Shown one piece after another: positions 11,252-28,172 of a stretch of 64,000 nt of DNA (its first letter is position 1; every line of letters begins with the position of its first letter). The translations under genes were made by a program, and so were the position numbers. The notes beneath the pieces were generated by a model, which saw only the letters and a list, made by a program, of their open reading frames with translations, was not told the origin of the DNA and searched no databases. This DNA is from Lama guanicoe (lineage: Eukaryota), in NCBI GenBank assembly GCA_013239625.1, contig MU054338.1, positions 1,366,001 through 1,430,000 of the forward strand. The letters are read 5' to 3'.

Positions 11252-11607
11252 CTGTGGGGACGGGGCGTTGTGGTCGTGAGCCCCGGTGAGGCTGCCCAAC
11301 CCGAGGCTGCGCGGCCGGGGGAGGGCGGGATGAGCCCCTGGGGTGCCTGCCCAGCAGAGGGGTCTGCTTTCTGCCCATTGCTGGGCTCTGAGAGTAGAGA
11401 CGTGCCAGGCATCCTGGAGGTGTCCCTGAGGGCACCTGAAGGCCAAGCCGAGGTGGTGGCCCAAGGAGGAGCGTGGGGTCCCCAGGAGGGAAGGCCCCGC
11501 CGGAAGCAAGGTGAGGGACACCTGAAGGATGGGATGGGGCCCGGGGGAGTGAGCCCACTAAGGAGCCTGGCGCTGTGGGCAGAGGGTCGCCCCGCCCCAC
11601 CGCGCAC

Positions 11608-11745
11608 CAGCTGCAGGCTCTGGCTCCTCAGCTCCCGGTTGCCCTTCTCCAGCTGCTCCGTCTGCTCCCTCAACTGCTGGTTGTGAGCCGAGATCTCCTT
11701 CTGCGCTTGGATCAGGTCGTTGTAGGTCAGCGCCTTCACTCCCAG
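11608..11745 (-). CDS. DOT1L: DOT1L exon 18 (138 nt), coiled coil LGVKALTYNDLIQAQ...SLQL
   Basis: Acceptor gtcctcag|, donor CTG|gtgcgc. Confidence 0.96.
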
Positions 11746-12027
11746 CTGAGGACACACGACGGCAAAGGCGGGCTTTCAGGGAGTGGGGGGATGCGGGCAA
11801 GGGTGGGGGTGAGCCCCCTGGGGCTGAGCGGGGACCGGCCCTGACTGTACCCCAGCTTCCAGGCTCTCCATCAGGGAGACTGGCAAAATCAAAAGCACCA
11901 GAATGGCCATCGGTCCTCCTGACCCCGGCAGTCCGCGCTGGGCCCCGGTTCCCGGGTCCCACTCCCCCAGTCCCGTGAGTGGGCCATCCACTTGGCCTCA
12001 CGCGGCCCAGGGCAGCGGGATCCCTAC

Positions 12028-12129
12028 CTCGTCCAGTTTCTGCTGGAAGAGCCTCTTGATCTCCTCCTTCTGAGCCTGGCAGTGGCCGAACAGCTGCTGC
12101 GCAGCACCCAGCAGCCGGGCATTCTTCTC
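12028..12129 (-). CDS. DOT1L: DOT1L exon 17 (102 nt) EKNARLLGAAQQ...QQKLDE
   Basis: Acceptor atcctcag|, donor GAG|gtaggg. Confidence 0.96.
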
Positions 12130-12561
12130 CTGAGGATCGGGGGCCGTGAGCGGAGGCCTGTCCCCTGGCCCCCAGAGGCCAGAAGGAGGGTGCTCGTGGC
12201 CTGCCTCACTGATGAGGATTGACACAGAGATGGGGCCACCCACCCTGGCATCAGGACTCCCTGGCAGGGGAGCACTACACGGCGCTGCAGGGCGACTTGT
12301 TTATGAGGGGCCACAGGCCTCATGCTTCAGGACGCCCGCACTGGGCCTGACCACGCCCCACGACCCTGCTCTGAGCGCCACCCAGAGACAGCTCCCCACG
12401 TGGGGCACCTGGTCCTGGGGCCCCAGCAGTCACAGCGAGGCCCGGCTGGCTCAGCCCTCAGGGCCACTGGGCCCTGTGGGGGGTGGGGTGAGGTGCCCCT
12501 CCGACCACCCGCAGCCCTGGTGGTGGGAACGTGGACACAGCCCTGGGCCCGGCACGCGCAC

Positions 12562-12653
12562 CTTCTCCTGGTCCAGCAGCTGCTGCAGGTTGGCCTTGTA
12601 CTGAGGAGTCTTTGTGTAGGCCAGGAACTGCAAGTACTGAATCTTGAAGGATT
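12562..12653 (-). CDS. DOT1L: DOT1L exon 16 (92 nt) SFKIQYLQFLAYTKTPQYKANLQQLLDQEK (AF10-binding coiled-coil region)
   Basis: Acceptor cttgtag|, donor AAG|gtgcgc. Confidence 0.96.
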
Positions 12654-13455
12654 CTACAAGCACAGCCAAGCGACAGGCCTCAGCTCAGAGGACTCCTGCC
12701 GAAGGCTCCCAGCGAGGCCATTGCTGCCCATTGCTGCCACACCGTGGCAGCCTCACTCCAGGGTCTTTGTCCCCACGCAGCCTTGGTGTCCCACCCATGC
12801 CTGCGCCTGCCCCTCCCATGTGTCCCTCGCACCCCTGCCGTCACAGCCCAGGCTTCCTTCCTCCCCAAGGACACGTGGCTTCCAGTCACCAAATCTGCCA
12901 ACATTCTCAGTAAACACGCCCCACTGGTGCTGAGCTAGGGAGACTTACAGCGCCCAGAGTTTCAAAGGGGCTCCCTCATCTCTAAAGAGCCAGGGAGCTG
13001 AGCACGGCCTCGGGCTCAGCAAGGTGAGCCCCTGCTCAGCTAAGCAGGGCAGGGCCTCACTTGCCCCTGCGTGGCACCGGGCTCGGCCCTGATGGGGCAC
13101 CCCCAGCACAGCACACACAGAGGCCCGGCCACCCTCTGGGGACGCTCTGGGCACAGTGGGGTGTGGAGTGGCTCCCCAGCCCCACCCTCTCAACACTGAG
13201 AGCCTTGGTCGTGATGGCCGCCAATGCTCCCGGACACCCCTGGGACAGGGCCTCGGGCTCAGAAGACAGCACAAGCCCCGCTGACCCGGAAGCGCAGGCC
13301 CACCGGGCAGGACGAGCCCAAGCACCAGGGCCCCTGGTGTGGACAGCCGCATAGCCGGGGCTCCATGGGGTGGCAGATGAGCGAGCAGCTCCCCACCCCG
13401 CACCTCCTGCCGAGCCTCGAGGGGGACCGAGCGCGGACCCCGCGCGGCCGCTCAC

Positions 13456-13569
13456 CTAGCAGCTTCTGCAGTGCGGGTGGGGTGGGTGCCAGCAGCAGCT
13501 GCTCGGGAGGGTGCCGCTGCACGCTGGGAGGTAGCTGGTAGAACGGGCTGTGAGGTGGCCTGTGTGCAT
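13456..13569 (-). CDS. DOT1L: DOT1L exon 15 (114 nt) AHRPPHSPFYQLPP...ALQKLL
   Basis: Acceptor ccccacag|, donor TAG|gtgagc. Confidence 0.95.
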   Translation of the reverse strand: MHTGHLTARSTSYLPACSGTLPSSCCWHPPHPHCRSC

Positions 13570-13653
13570 CTGTGGGGGGACAGTGGCGTCATGTTCTGCA
13601 GACGGCTGTCCCAGAGGCGGGGGGTCCCGGATTGGGACCCCTCCAGCCTTCTA

Positions 13654-14088
<435 letters not shown>

Positions 14089-14173
14089 CTAGCGGAAGCC
14101 AGGTGAGGATGGGCGCCGCCCCGGGCCCTCCCAGGTGGGCGCCCCCCGGGCTGGGGCGAGGGCAGGGGCTCAC

Positions 14174-14263
14174 CACCGGGGTGTCCGCGGGCGCCTTGGT
14201 CGGCGTGGTCGTGCTGCTCTTGCTGTCTCGCTGCTGCCGGCGCCTCGCGGCCTCCTGCTCCTC
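14174..14263 (-). CDS. DOT1L: DOT1L exon 13 (90 nt) EEQEAARRRQQRDSKSSTTTPTKAPADTPV
   Basis: Acceptor gcttccag|GAG, donor GTG|gtgagc. Confidence 0.93.
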
Positions 14264-15138
14264 CTGGAAGCAAGCACGGGGCATGTCCCCTGAGTTGTTG
14301 GACCCTCCTGCCCTGAGGGCCCGGCTCTGGTCATGCCAACCCTCCACCCTGCCCGCTGCACAGGGAGGGACATCAAGGCCCAGGGAAGCCAGGCCTGGGT
14401 GAGCAGACAGTGTGGATCTTGGGTGAGGAAATGAAATAAAGACGGAGACCCTTGGGGTAGGGATGCAGCCTCCCCTCCTCTCAGCGGGTGGTCCCCAAGG
14501 CTGTTCTCCGCTGAGGGGCCTCTGCCCACGAGCGCACTTGCTCTCTGATGAAGGTCACTGGGGTCCCACGGTTAAGGGGAAGGAGCACAGTGCAGCCAGC
14601 GAGGCCGCCCTGCATCCCAGGTGGGGGTGGCAGTCATCCCATCGAGGTCCAGGCACCCCTGCTTGGCAGGCGGGACACACGCACCCAGCGGCTGGCACTG
14701 GCCGCTGCCGAGGAGGTCCTTTCAGGCTCATGTGCTTGTCTGAGCCTCCAAAAACAAGGACATTTGGACACATGTCCTATGAGGCTCGGAGAGAAACTGA
14801 CAAGGGACCGTGAGGCTGCAGGAGGCTAGCTCTGGGGCCAGACACTAGGGGAAGCCAGGCACCGGGCAGCCAGGCACCGGGTGGCCAGACCACAAGGTCG
14901 GATCTGGGCCCTGAGGGGGCCGCTCCCCACACCCAAGGCCTGGACTTCGGCACTGGTCCCCCAATCACATCACCAAGATGCCATCAAAGGCTGTAACTCG
15001 CTCAACCTATTTCCCCCGAAACGCTTCCCCAGAAGCGCGGCCCAGCTGACACCGCTGGGAGGGCGCAGCTCCCAGACCCGCGCGTCGGCCGGGTTGGCAG
15101 CTCACAGAGTGAGGTCAGGGACAAATATACAAACTTAC

Positions 15139-15180
15139 CCTGAGTTTTGGATTTTTCAGACTAGAAAAATAGTTTTCAAG
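15139..15180 (-). CDS. DOT1L: DOT1L exon 12 (42 nt) LENYFSSLKNPKLR
   Basis: Strong pyrimidine tract ...cattttcag|, donor AGG|gtaagt. Confidence 0.96.
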
Positions 15181-15219
15181 CTGAAAATGGAAAAAGAAGA
15201 GAAGTCTCAGCTGCGCTCA

Positions 15220-16095
<876 letters not shown>

Positions 16096-18816
16096 TCAGG
16101 AGCAAGAGCCCTGAACACGGACTCGGCGGAGGGGCCGAGGCCGTCCGGATCTGGTGGGAGCACAAACTGCGCCGCCATGTATGTGCCACCCGGCCCCATG
16201 CTCCTGCAAGGCCGGCTCAAGGCCACGCAGTCTGCTGGCCCCTCCGCACCTCCGTGTTGTGCAGATGCACCAGACTCAAAGGACGCCGGGGGAACTGGGC
16301 CCTGACCCACGTGGACAGACAGACGGACAAAACCTGGCCGGGCTGGGGAGCAGAACAGCCCTGACCAGTCTTCCCAGGCTCTCGCCCCAGGGCCCTGCAC
16401 GGACATGGCCACGCTCGCAGCGCGGTTCCGGGGCCGCGGCACAGGCTACAGGAGACACGGTCACAGGCACACCGCCACCCGCCGGCCCACGCCTCCCACA
16501 ACGAGACACAGAGAGTCAAACGTGAGAGTGAAACGATGGTAAGCTCCCACGTCAAGTGCAGAAGTCAGGGCGCGTCCAGGTGCACACACGCACACACACA
16601 CACTCACGCACAGACACGCAGCCATCAGCGCTGAGGCCACCTGGCGACTATCTGGCTCTGTGATGGTGGTACTTTCAACTCTTGTTTGCTTGAAATGTTT
16701 CATAACAAAACTGAGGGACCTACACCCCTCTCATGCAGTGGATGAGGTGAGGATGGCACTGGGGGCCTCCTGGGAGCTGTGGTGACAGGACATGGGGTGG
16801 GGGAAGCAGGAAAGACACCTGTCCAGGAGGGGTGCCCCGCCCACGGGGCGCCGTGGGAGCTCAGAGCTGCAGCAGGGGCTGCAGGAGCCGTTCTCATGAG
16901 CCCAAGGGTGAAGGGCGCTCTCTGGAGACCTCCCTGCAGGACAAGTGACCACTGTCATCTTGGGTCATGATGGGAGAAGTGTGGGGACACCCCATCTGGG
17001 CTGCACCCGCACACCCCCGCCGAGGACTTCCCCGACTCGGGCCTAGGAAGGGGAGCCGCCAATCGCAGAGCCCAGCTGGGCCCACGGGGTGTGGGGCTGC
17101 ATCTCCAACCTTGCGCTAAGGTCACGGCCCACGGGGCCCAGGAGACCATCCCGTCAGGCAGGGAGAACCCTGAGAAGGACAGGCACCTGAGGCCAGCACT
17201 CTAGCGGGGATGGTGACAGCCCAGCCTGGCCCAGAACTGCAGCCTGGCTGTGGGCATCGGGGAGTTCAGGGAAGGAGCCCTAAGGCCGCACGCCCGAGCG
17301 CCCGAAACCACAGCGTGGGTTTGTTTCTAGGCTCCGGAAACAGAACAGCTCAGACCTTCGCCAGAGTCGTTTAGCACCCTAAATGTCCACTAAGCACATG
17401 AGCCACCGGCCCTCCCCACAGGGAGACAATGGAGCAGCAGGACTGGGGCCCATCTGCTCCGAGGACACAGACAAGACGCAGGCTGAGGGTGTGGGATGAG
17501 GGAAGAACGTGCACTCCCTCAGGATGGAGGACGCACAGGCTGTGTTCCTGCCGCTGGGGCCCCTGCACTGCTGGTCGGACCACCAATGGCGCTGCCATCG
17601 AGCACGGAAACGACACAGCCATGGCCCGAGGGAGACCAACTGGGGGGACAGCCAGCCCTGTCTCCCTTCTGGGGCATGCCAGACCTGCTCCCCTAGTCCA
17701 CACCAGAGCCCGACACACTGCGGGACCCAGCAGCGGGGGCAGGAATGCAAACTGGGGACCAAATGAAACCAGTTGGCTCCCACTTATTTAGAAGGTTCTA
17801 GACTGGATGGTCTCACCGCTCTGATGCTCCACACGTGTCGACTCCACCAGAGTGGCTAAACTAGACCTCGAGGCAGCCCCACCTCGCACATGCAGCCAGG
17901 GATCTAGGGGCCGCCCACCTGAGGTCGGCCCTTCTCAGCTCCACCACGGCGGGGGGAAGCTGGGGACCGGAGGAGGCAGAACCGCCCCCCTCCAATTTCC
18001 AAGGAGAAGCGAGCCGGGCGCCGCAGCACTTCTGTCCAGTCCCTTCGTGGACTGTCAAGACGCAAAGACCAGGACGTTCCCCTACGCGAGGCTCTGGCCC
18101 AAGGCCGACACAGGAGCTCTCTCCACAAAACCAGTGGTGTGTCCCCAACCTCAGAGCTCGGATGAGTGCAGAGAAACCCCACCGAAGTGTGGAACAGGCT
18201 CTTGGGGAAATACCCTGACCCGAGAACCAACACTCGGCTCTCAGGCTTCGCTCCGCAACCTCTCCGCAGCTGTGCCGAGCGGTTTCGGCAGCCATTCTGA
18301 GACTCAGACGCAGGACGGGCGCCCTCCCTTCCGGCAGCCCGCCTTTGCCTGGCCTGGGGCAGGACGGAGGGGTGGAGGGGGCAGCAGGGGTGGCCCTGGC
18401 TCGGCGGGCCGGGTCCGAACACAGGGAAGGCCCAGCGAAAGCCCAAGGGACCGGCCGGTACAACCCCACGCCCTCGGTGCCTGCAGGTGAGGGTGGCCAA
18501 ATGAATGGGGACAGTGGTCAAGTCCGAATGTCAGATACACAGTGAATAATCCTCTAGGAGAAGCCAGGATGCCCCTGTTCACAAAAAGCTGCTTGCGTCT
18601 GGGGGGGGTCCAAGTTACCCGGACAGCCTGCAGCTGTCCCTGGGGCTGGCGGCCAGCTCCAGCCTGAGCAGGGGTGCGGGTCAGCGCTAGTCTGCCACAC
18701 ACACTGAGCGGGGAGGCTCCCCCCGCAGCTGGGTGGCAACAGGGACAACGGTGGATGGAACCCCCTGCCAGAGGCCTTTCAACTGGATGATGCTAAGACC
18801 CCAAGGCCGGTGATCA

Positions 18817-19170
<354 letters not shown>

Positions 19171-20489
19171 TCAGAACACAGGCAGCACAAATGCCACCTG
19201 GGCCCAGAGCCATGAGGACACCTGGCAGGGAGGCAGGCCGCACAGGCTGGTGTGCTTCAAAGTGAACCAGCCACCTGAGGGCCAGAGGGCCCAGAGCAGA
19301 GTTCTTCCGGGGGGGGGGCCCATCCTTCCCCGTTTCTCAAATGTTCTCTGGCACCAGATGGCCTGAGGACCTCTGTCTGCGGATGCCCACTGGGCTGGAT
19401 GGCCAGGGGGCTGCTGTCCGGCACCCGGAGCCTGCGGGGCCCCCCATCTGTCCAGCTGGCTCGTGCCCACAGAGAGGAACTCTCTGGAGGGCAGGACACT
19501 AGGAACATCCACACCACTGGTGCAACTGAAGACCCTAAGCTAAGACAGACCACCCTCTCCAGACCAAAGCTGGGTCGCGACTAACGCTTGGCCGCAGCAG
19601 CCGCCCGGCAGACAGGGCTCCTTCCTCGTGTGACTATGAACGACAGCGGAGGGCTGCCAGCCATGCCACGCTGCTGATTTCCATCTGGGCAAAGGGCAGC
19701 TGTGGTGGCCTGAGTGGGCAAGGCCGGACGTGGGCAGCAGCGGGAGAAGCACTGCAGGTGTGAGGGCAGCCCCTCCCCTCCCCACCCGCTCACTCCAGAG
19801 GGACTCAGGAGACGGGAAGGGAACCCAGGCCAGAGGCGCCCAGGGCGCCCGGCAGAGCCCGCCCAGGCTGGCAAGCTGGGAAGGCTCCGGCAGGGAGTGG
19901 GGCCGGGAAGGCTGGATGCCAGAGTCTCAGGGAGACACGGCGTGGGGAGGGAGTGAGCCAGAAGAGACCCTGCGGCCGCTCTAGCAGGATTCACAGGCCA
20001 GGAAACGAGGGAGCTGACCGAGGCCGGCTGAAGCAGAGATGAAGGCCCCTAAGGACAGAGGAGCCGGTCAGAGGTGGGGGGACACACCCTGACGGGAGGC
20101 CGGGGGCGGTATCTGAGGGGACGCAGGCAGATGAGGCCCAGGGAGTGGTGTGCTCACGGCCAGACTCGCTCCCCAGCAGAGAGGTCCCGGGGCACTCCGT
20201 GCCCGGGTCAGCTCATGGCGGGTACAACGGAGCTCCCAGACCCCATCTGATGGGGACATCGGGGGCTCAGCAGGGTTTTCTCAAGACAAAGCGGACAGCA
20301 TGCCCAACTCAGATGAGAAATTCTCACAGGAGAGCAAAAAAGGGACATGCTTTCATGAAAGAGGAGTATCTTTTCTACTTGCCCCCAAGAGCCAGGTTAG
20401 GGGTGCAGGGTCAGCGTGCAGCAAGCTCGCAGGAGGAGGGGAGGCAAGACTGTGAGGTCGAAGCAGGGCTGGGTGAGACCCTCACCCCA

Positions 20490-20610
20490 GGGAGAGGGCT
20501 GAGAGTGCGTGGCATGCACAAGGTCCTGGGTTCAGTCCTCCATTAAAATAAACCTAATCACCAGACCCGTGAACAAAGAAACCCACCACCCTCAACAACA
20601 ACAAAACCAC
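20490..20610 (+). mobile_element. Degenerate tRNA-derived SINE (Vic-1-like)
   Basis: gcatgcacaaggtcctgggttcagtcctccattaaaataaacctaat matches the other copies. Confidence 0.7.
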
Positions 20611-20971
20611 ACGAGAGCCACCGAGAGCCACCGAACAGCAGCTGCACAAGCACCGCAGCCCCGCCCGCCCGCCTTGGCCCCAGGCAGGGGAGGTGACAAG
20701 ACAGCAGCAGAAAGGAGCCTCAGGGAGGGCAGACCCCTGTCAGGACTGTGAGGACGGCTGTCCTGGCAGCCTCTCTCTGTAAGAGGCACGCAGAGGCGGG
20801 GAGCCCGGGGTCAGACTGTGCGGCCGCCCACCCTCTGGGGCCCTCCCTGGCTCGCTGTCCCCTACTCTGGGGCCGTGGCCCCTGCCGGGGCGAGGTGACC
20901 AGGGAGGGGAGCCATGCTGCCTCTGCCCTGCTGGCCAGGCCCCAGAGCCCGCACCCCAGCCCCAGCCATAC

Positions 20972-21027
20972 CTCGTGTTGGCGATCCGCTCCCTCCACTC
21001 CTCCGAGAGGAAATCGCCTCTCTCCAG
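20972..21027 (-). CDS. DOT1L: DOT1L exon 8 (56 nt) LERGDFLSEEWRERIANT
   Basis: Acceptor cccttcag|, donor GAG|gtatgg. Confidence 0.97.
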
Positions 21028-21559
21028 CTGAAGGGAGAAAACAGAAACAGCCCATCACTCTCAAGGGCTCGCTGGCCTCTGCGCCCGCCCGCGTCCACCC
21101 CGAAGGAGATGGAATGAGCAGAGGCCCCCCGTGGGGAGGACGCGGCTAGACTTCGGTGTGGCCAGGCTCCCAGAAGGGGACGTCGGGGAGAAGCTGAGAC
21201 CGTGCCCGCAGGGGAACCACACATTTGGAGGGCTCGCTGCCTGGGGCACCGGAGAAGGGGCCGGAGTCCCACCGCATGTCCACACGGGGCCGGCAGAGGG
21301 CGCCAGAGGCGGCTGTTCTGGACCTTGGGCTGCACCTCCCGTGGCTGCCGACCTCGCTGCGTTTACCTGAGAGCAGGGCCATCCTCACACCTCCAACACC
21401 TGCTCTCAATGCTACTTCTGGGAGCAGACTAATCTCATTTTGCCTCAAGGCCAAAGTCTGTCCAAGAGAACACAAGTCTTATTAACCTAATTGTCCAGAG
21501 CTGCAACACTCAGAAAACCAAGAAATCTGGTTGTATAATTCTTCAAAAGAGGCTCTCGT

Positions 21560-21875
21560 CACACTCCTGGGCATCCACCCGAGACAATTGAAAACAGAGC
21601 TCCACAGAGAAACCTCTACCCCACATCCACGGGAGCAAAAGCAGAAACCATCCACGTGTCCATGGACAGATGACAGATAAACACACGTGGTCCCTCCACA
21701 CGCAGGAGCATCACTCAGCTGAGAAAAGGGGAGAAGCACTGACACTCGCTGCCACGTGGACAGACCCAGCGAGCACGGTGCTCAGTGAGGGAAGGCGACA
21801 CAGAAGGACGCACAGTGTGTGATCCCATGTATATAAAATGTCCAGAACAGGCCAGTCCACAGGGACACAGTCAGA
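21560..21875 (+). mobile_element. L1M 3' relic with a more diverged shared core
   Basis: cactcctgggcatccacccgaga...gagcacggtgctcagtgag...tgtccagaacaggccagtccacag. Confidence 0.75.
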
Positions 21876-24800
21876 CAAGGGTGGGTGGAGGCACATGCTA
21901 CCAGGTGACTGGGGACGCTTTCTCACGGTGAGAGGTACGGCACTGCCCAGCAGTCCTGGCCCCAGCCTCTCTCAGGATGGGCAGGAGGGCAGACCCTGAG
22001 CAGAGAGGGTCCCTCAAGTGCTGCTGTCCCGTGTGGCTGCGCCGGGGGAGCAGCTGCAGGTTCAGCACCCTCCATCACACACGGAGACCCCAGGGTATCC
22101 GAGCATGAGGGGCCAAGCTGGCTGTGCTAAAGCACTCAGGTGCCACGGGGGGTCGCCCACATCCTGGTGGTCGGTCGTGGCTCTCTGGGTCCTCTCCCCG
22201 CGCACAGCCCAGCCAGGCCCGGGGGCGCTGACCGCCCAGGAGCAGCTGCAGGTGCGAGCAGACTACTGTGCCTGAACAGCTGGCCCCGTCTGGTCCACCC
22301 TGCCCTGGACCAGCTGGAGGGCAGCCTCACCCGGAGGGAGGCCATGCCGCCTCCCAGATGGGCACCTCTGTGAGGCCGCCACCTGCTCTGGGCGCTGGGA
22401 ACCTTCTGGGTGCCAGGCCCGCCACCAGGCACCAACAGCACATGGCTACCCAGGCAGCTCCAGGCAGAAGGGGCACCCTGAGGTGTGATGGACAGACATG
22501 CAGGCAGAAGCCACGCGCAGGAGGGGATGGGGACCTGCTGGGAGGAGAGCCCTGGGCGGCAGGGCCGGCGAGGGGGCCCAGGAGGCGGCCCTGGCCCTGG
22601 GCTGCTCTTAGGCGCCTGCTGGCCTCACTCCCTCTTCAGCTGTTAAGAAGCGCAGGCAGGACGCCGCCTGCCATTCAGGGCGCCTGGTCAAAGCCAGAGA
22701 GCCAGGGGAGGGCCTCTCCAGACCCAGGACGTTCAGCAGGGACTGCCATGACACCCTCCTGGGCAGGGCCGCATGGGGAGGCTGCTCCCTGGAAAAGGTC
22801 CAGGGGATGCCAGAGCCATGGCTGTTCCTGACACGGCTGCGACCAAGCGCCCTCTGAGCCAAATTCTGCTCCCAGACATCTCGATGGGGCCACGGCAGGG
22901 CCAGTGAGCGCCCTGAACCACAGGCAGCAAAGAGTGAGAGGCTCCCACGCAGGGAGGTGCCCATCACGCAGAGGCACCGCTGACCGTCACACAGCCCCGC
23001 CTCCTGCCCCGGCCGCAGCACTGGCAGCTAGAACCACGCTCCGCGCACAGCATGGAGGTGCTTGCGGGGCCACCAGGCATCCCTGGGACCGGTGTCAACC
23101 CAAGCAAACTTGGATACTATGTGCTTCAACTGTCTAACCCTCTCACCAGAAGCAGAAAGCAGTTTTTAAACTTAAAAAACCTGCGTTTTAGGAGGTCACA
23201 CCGTCTTAGGAAAACAAACAGCCATCTAGGAGCTCAGGGCCGGGCCAGCAGACACGGAGCCCAGCGGGAAGGCGCCCCTGGGGGCAGGGGCCAGCTGGGC
23301 TGCCTGCCCTCCGCCTGAGCGACGAGCCCCAGAGGCCCTCCGACGTGGGAGGGCCCCGGGAGGGCAGGACACGCCCCTCGCTTTCCACTGAGGGGGAGCA
23401 TCCTGCGAGGACCTCCACCACGGAGAAGGGGAGGGGGGCTGGGCCCGCGCTGTGGCTGTGCGAGTCCGGGTCCAAGGAAAGCAGGGCAGCGGCAGGGGGC
23501 ACGTCCCCACTCACCCCACCAGGCCAGCGCCACCCTGGAGCCAGAACCGCACAGCGAGAGAAAGGAGGACTACGGACCAGTGTCCCTCCTGGGCACAAAC
23601 GCCCTCGGTGACACAGAAACAAACCAGAGGCCCAACAACAAGCAAAAGAACGGCACCCCGGGACCGTGTGGGGGGCACCCGGACATGGAAGGCTGCCTCA
23701 GCTTTTGTGCCCATCTCATTAACAGGCCACAGAGAGACTCACACCGGCAACTCGACAGGCGCAGGCAGAAGGGCCGTCAGCAAGACCCAGTCTCTGTCGG
23801 ACGCAGGGTCCAGCAAGGTAAGAACAGACGGGAACGCCATCAGCCGGAGGCCCACAGCCAGCACCACACCCAGGGCGACGCTCCCAAGGCTTGGCGCTGA
23901 GGGCAGGGCAGGCCCAGCCGTGCCCTGTCCCCGCCACCTTCCACCCAGCAGACGCCGGGAGACAGAGCAGGAGGGGCCGGACCCGGAGTGAAGGCGCGAG
24001 GCCGTCTCTGCACAGGAATTCCAACACAGCCAACAGTGACAACGAAAATCCTCTGGAACCGGCACAACAGCGACAGCGAGGCCGCCGGCTGACGGCACTG
24101 CCGCGCGTGACCACACCAGGGGCCAGCGCTCTCCTAGGAACCAGCAGGAAACCAGCAGAACTCGGAATTAAAAAGACAACACCCCTTAAATCAGCACCAA
24201 AAACGTGAGACGCTTCAGCTGCCTTACAAGATACGTACCAGACCCGTGTGAGAAAGCTACAGAACTTGGACCAATTAGACCAAAAAGGAACAACTCGACG
24301 CCCACACACACAGAGGTGAGCCCAGACCCAGGCCTCACAGCCTCTGCGAGCGCGAACTCCAAGTGGGCCACAGGTCTGGAGACCAAGCCCCAGACCTCAG
24401 AGCTCCGGTGACATGCTGCAGACCTGACCTCCAAACACAGCCCACGAAGGGAGAAGCAGGCGCCCCTAAGGGCCTGGCGCCCCCCTTCCCTGCCCTCCGG
24501 CTGCCAGCCCGAGGCCGTGGTCACTCTGCTAACCCAAGCCGAGCACCACAAGGGCCTGGGGGCTGCGGCAGGAGCAGGGCGGGGCCTCGGGCCTGGGCTC
24601 CATGAGGGGGACCCACCACCTGCGGTGCTCAGGAGGGGCCCAAGGCTGACAGCTGCACAGCAGCCAGGTGTCCATGGCAATGGAAACCCCTGAAGAGACG
24701 GATGGAGCCTTGAGCACAGACGCACGCTGCAGACACACAGCAAGGGTGTGGACGCAGACGCCCTGGGCAGGAGGGGCCAGGAGGGGCCAGGAGCCAGACC

Positions 24801-24987
24801 CGAGGAGCCTCTGTGATGAGAGGCCTGGCAGAGTGACCGAGAGTCGGGGGCAGAGAGACAGCGGCACCAAGAGAGCTGGAGACTTGTCTGCTGGGCCACA
24901 CGCGGCTGGGGGGAATGCCACCCCACCGACCCGCTCTGCCCACCCAGCAGCGGCTGCCCCCAAAGACTCAGGGCTCCCAAGGCCTCA

Positions 24988-26039
<1,052 letters not shown>

Positions 26040-26982
26040 TCAGCAAAGGTACTAGAGGTCACAAAACATATTCAAACGCCCCAGGCTGCAGGCTGAGCCC
26101 CCCAAGGCACGGCCGTCTGTGTTCCAGTTCATCATCCACAGACAGCACCCCCTGGCCCCTCAACCAGAATCCATCCTTGGTCCACAGCCCTAAGTGGCAC
26201 GAACTTCCCAGACAGACACGGCTCCACGAGAATGAGCAGCACCTCTAGAAGGCCCATCCAGCACACAGCAGCCTGGCTGCCTCGACAAAGCCCACCAACC
26301 TCAGAGCGTCCTCACTGAGTCTGAAGCAGGATGGGAGCGCTAGGGAGACATGGGCAGAGTCTGCTCCATCTTCACGTCAAAAGGAAGCTTTCTAAATGGT
26401 CTTTCCTTGAACTCAGGTCACTGGCATTTCAACTGAAGTATGAGGAGCACCTCAATCTCCCGTCTTGAATAGAATGTACTACCACACGGGGTCAACACAG
26501 AAGCCGTGAAGTCCCTCCCCAGGGACAGAAGGGAAGGTGTTGCTCGCTGGGCCTGGGGAGGCTGGCACTTTTCAGAAATCACAAGCCTTCTGACACGTAC
26601 AGAAGTTTTACGGCCTTTTAGAAAAATGACTTTTGAACTACATGCATTCTTACGAAAACACGAATTACACATTTTAAAAAATTAAAGAGCCATCTTCGTC
26701 CCCATTTCAGAGCCCGAGACCATGCCTGACTGAGAGGGGACTTCGGCTTTGTAAGCACAAGGTTCTCATGTGGAAAACAAGGTCCCACGGGGGTGGCAGA
26801 GACACCCCAGAGGGCTGTGCCTGGGGCTCCTGATGGAGCATCAGTGACATGACAGACAGTACCCCATCGGCCCTGCACCTCCACGCACCCCACTGGGAAT
26901 CAGTCACGACATGGCGCCTCAGGTGCACACCCACCAAGCCCCGCCCCCAGGAAGCGCCACGCAGGTGCAGGAGGGCAGCTCA

Positions 26983-27978
<996 letters not shown>

Positions 27979-28034
27979 CTAAACCGCCCAGATGACAAGA
28001 CATGGGCTGAGAGGAGGAGACGGGCCGGAGGTCA

Positions 28035-28172
<138 letters not shown>

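Noticed and set aside
14853..14882. Short direct duplications (15 bp here, 12 bp x3 at about 27289-27322, 18 bp at about 47874-47906)
   Set aside because: Ordinary slippage products with no sign of function.
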